Origin: Planctomycetota bacterium
Lineage (GTDB): Bacteria; Planctomycetota; Phycisphaerae; UBA1845
Assembly (NCBI GenBank): GCA_022567365.1
Contig: JADFHG010000001.1
Location: 1-25,111, forward strand
Direction: 5' to 3'
DNA length: 25,111 bases
The position numbers and the translations under genes were made by a program. The notes below the pieces were generated by a model, which had not been told where the DNA came from, made no database searches, and saw only the letters and a list, made by a program, of their open reading frames with translations. Shown here in pieces: positions 24,460 to 25,111 of this stretch (within the stretch, counting starts at the first letter, position 1; every line of letters begins with the position of its first letter).

Positions 24460-24740
24460 CTACTTCCGTAGCTCGCTGAGTTTGACCTGTTCGCCGTTCT
24501 TTCGGATACGCCAAAACGCCCAGCCGTTCGTCGCTCGTTTGCGAACGGCCTTCGCCGCTGCCGATGGGCTGTCGTAGAACTGGCCGTTGAACTTGATGCG
24601 ACCGTTGTTGTAGACGACGGCTTTGTAGTCCTTGCCCTTGTAGGTGGCGTAGATTCTCTTGCCGCCGCCAACGATACCCTTCAAGGGGCGATCTTTGCGT
24701 TGGTCTCGGCTGGTAGTTTTCCGTTTGACTTTCCGGCGGC
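24460..24740 (-). pseudogene. 3' remnant of a RAMA-domain (restriction enzyme adenine methylase-associated) gene interrupted by IS630
   Basis: The frame is open from the IS boundary: RRKVKRKTTSRDQRKDRPLKGIVGGGKRIYATYKG...FYDSPSAAAKAVRKRATNGWAFWRI. 'SPS.AA...NGW.FW' is the RAMA signature. No ATG/RBS of its own. Confidence 0.65.
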
Positions 24741-25111
24741 TATTGAATCCTGCATAGAAAAAGAAGCTACTTATGGTCCCAACTGGATTTTGAGCCCGGC
24801 GGCGCGAACGAAAGAACGCAGGAGGGACTGATGGCTTGCGATATCATCGGCCTCCAGGCGCGCCTGTTTGTAGACTTCATCGAGTTCACAAAGACCGTGG
24901 TTGGCGGTTCGGTGATATTTGAGGTTACCCCAGACGTATTCCATCGGGTTGAGCTCCGGTGCGTACGGCGGCAACCACTCGATCGTGAGCCTCGGATAGA
25001 TCGCCCGCCAGTATTGCAGTTGCTTGCTGCGATGAGCATTGAGTCGATCCCATACCAAAATGACGTTCCCGCGAAGATGACGGAGCAAATCGCGCAGGAA
25101 GGTAATGACCT
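24741..25111 (-). mobile_element. IS630-family insertion sequence, right end (partial)
   Basis: IS630 transposase C-terminus plus a putative terminal sequence TATTGAATCCTGCATA starting at a TA dinucleotide (24741-24742), the typical IS630 target. Confidence 0.75.
24771..25111 (-). CDS. IS630-family DDE transposase, C-terminal part (5' end outside window)
   Basis: VILVWDRLNAHRS and WLPPYAPELNPMEYVW motifs. Confidence 0.93.
   Translation of the reverse strand, partial: VITFLRDLLRHLRGNVILVWDRLNAHRSKQLQYWRAIYPRLTIEWLPPYAPELNPMEYVWGNLKYHRTANHGLCELDEVYKQARLEADDIASHQSLLRSFVRAAGLKIQLGP

Overview
GC-rich bacterial chromosome segment, probably Planctomycetota (Phycisphaerae-like). That assignment is inferred from the dockerin/EF-hand-like 'DFNDDGDVDLADF..FQ.CFTGP' and 'DCNGN..PD..E' tails and from the REP types. 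It mixes housekeeping genes (sucC, ispG, an M50 site-2 protease) with large secreted repeat proteins (HAF-repeat, S8 subtilase fragment, beta-helix+PA14, FG-GAP+dockerin). It also carries a Yip1/MFP/ATPase/permease (YknWXYZ/MacAB-like) ABC operon, a CsgG-like lipoprotein next to a triple LPP20/FlgP-like protein, and an accessory right end (EreA/ChaN-like lipoprotein, orphan, RAMA-domain remnant cut by an IS630 element). The best novel-system candidate is a translationally coupled three-gene module at 3565-5227: TIGR04255-like protein, WDGY-motif protein and a small protein with an ADP-ribosyltransferase-like motif pattern, which looks like a toxin-antitoxin(-chaperone) or anti-phage cassette. 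Intergenic DNA is dense in several unrelated REP-like palindrome families, some wrapped in shared terminal inverted repeats (MITE-like). No rRNA, tRNA or CRISPR array was seen. All family assignments come from motif recognition by eye, not from database searches.
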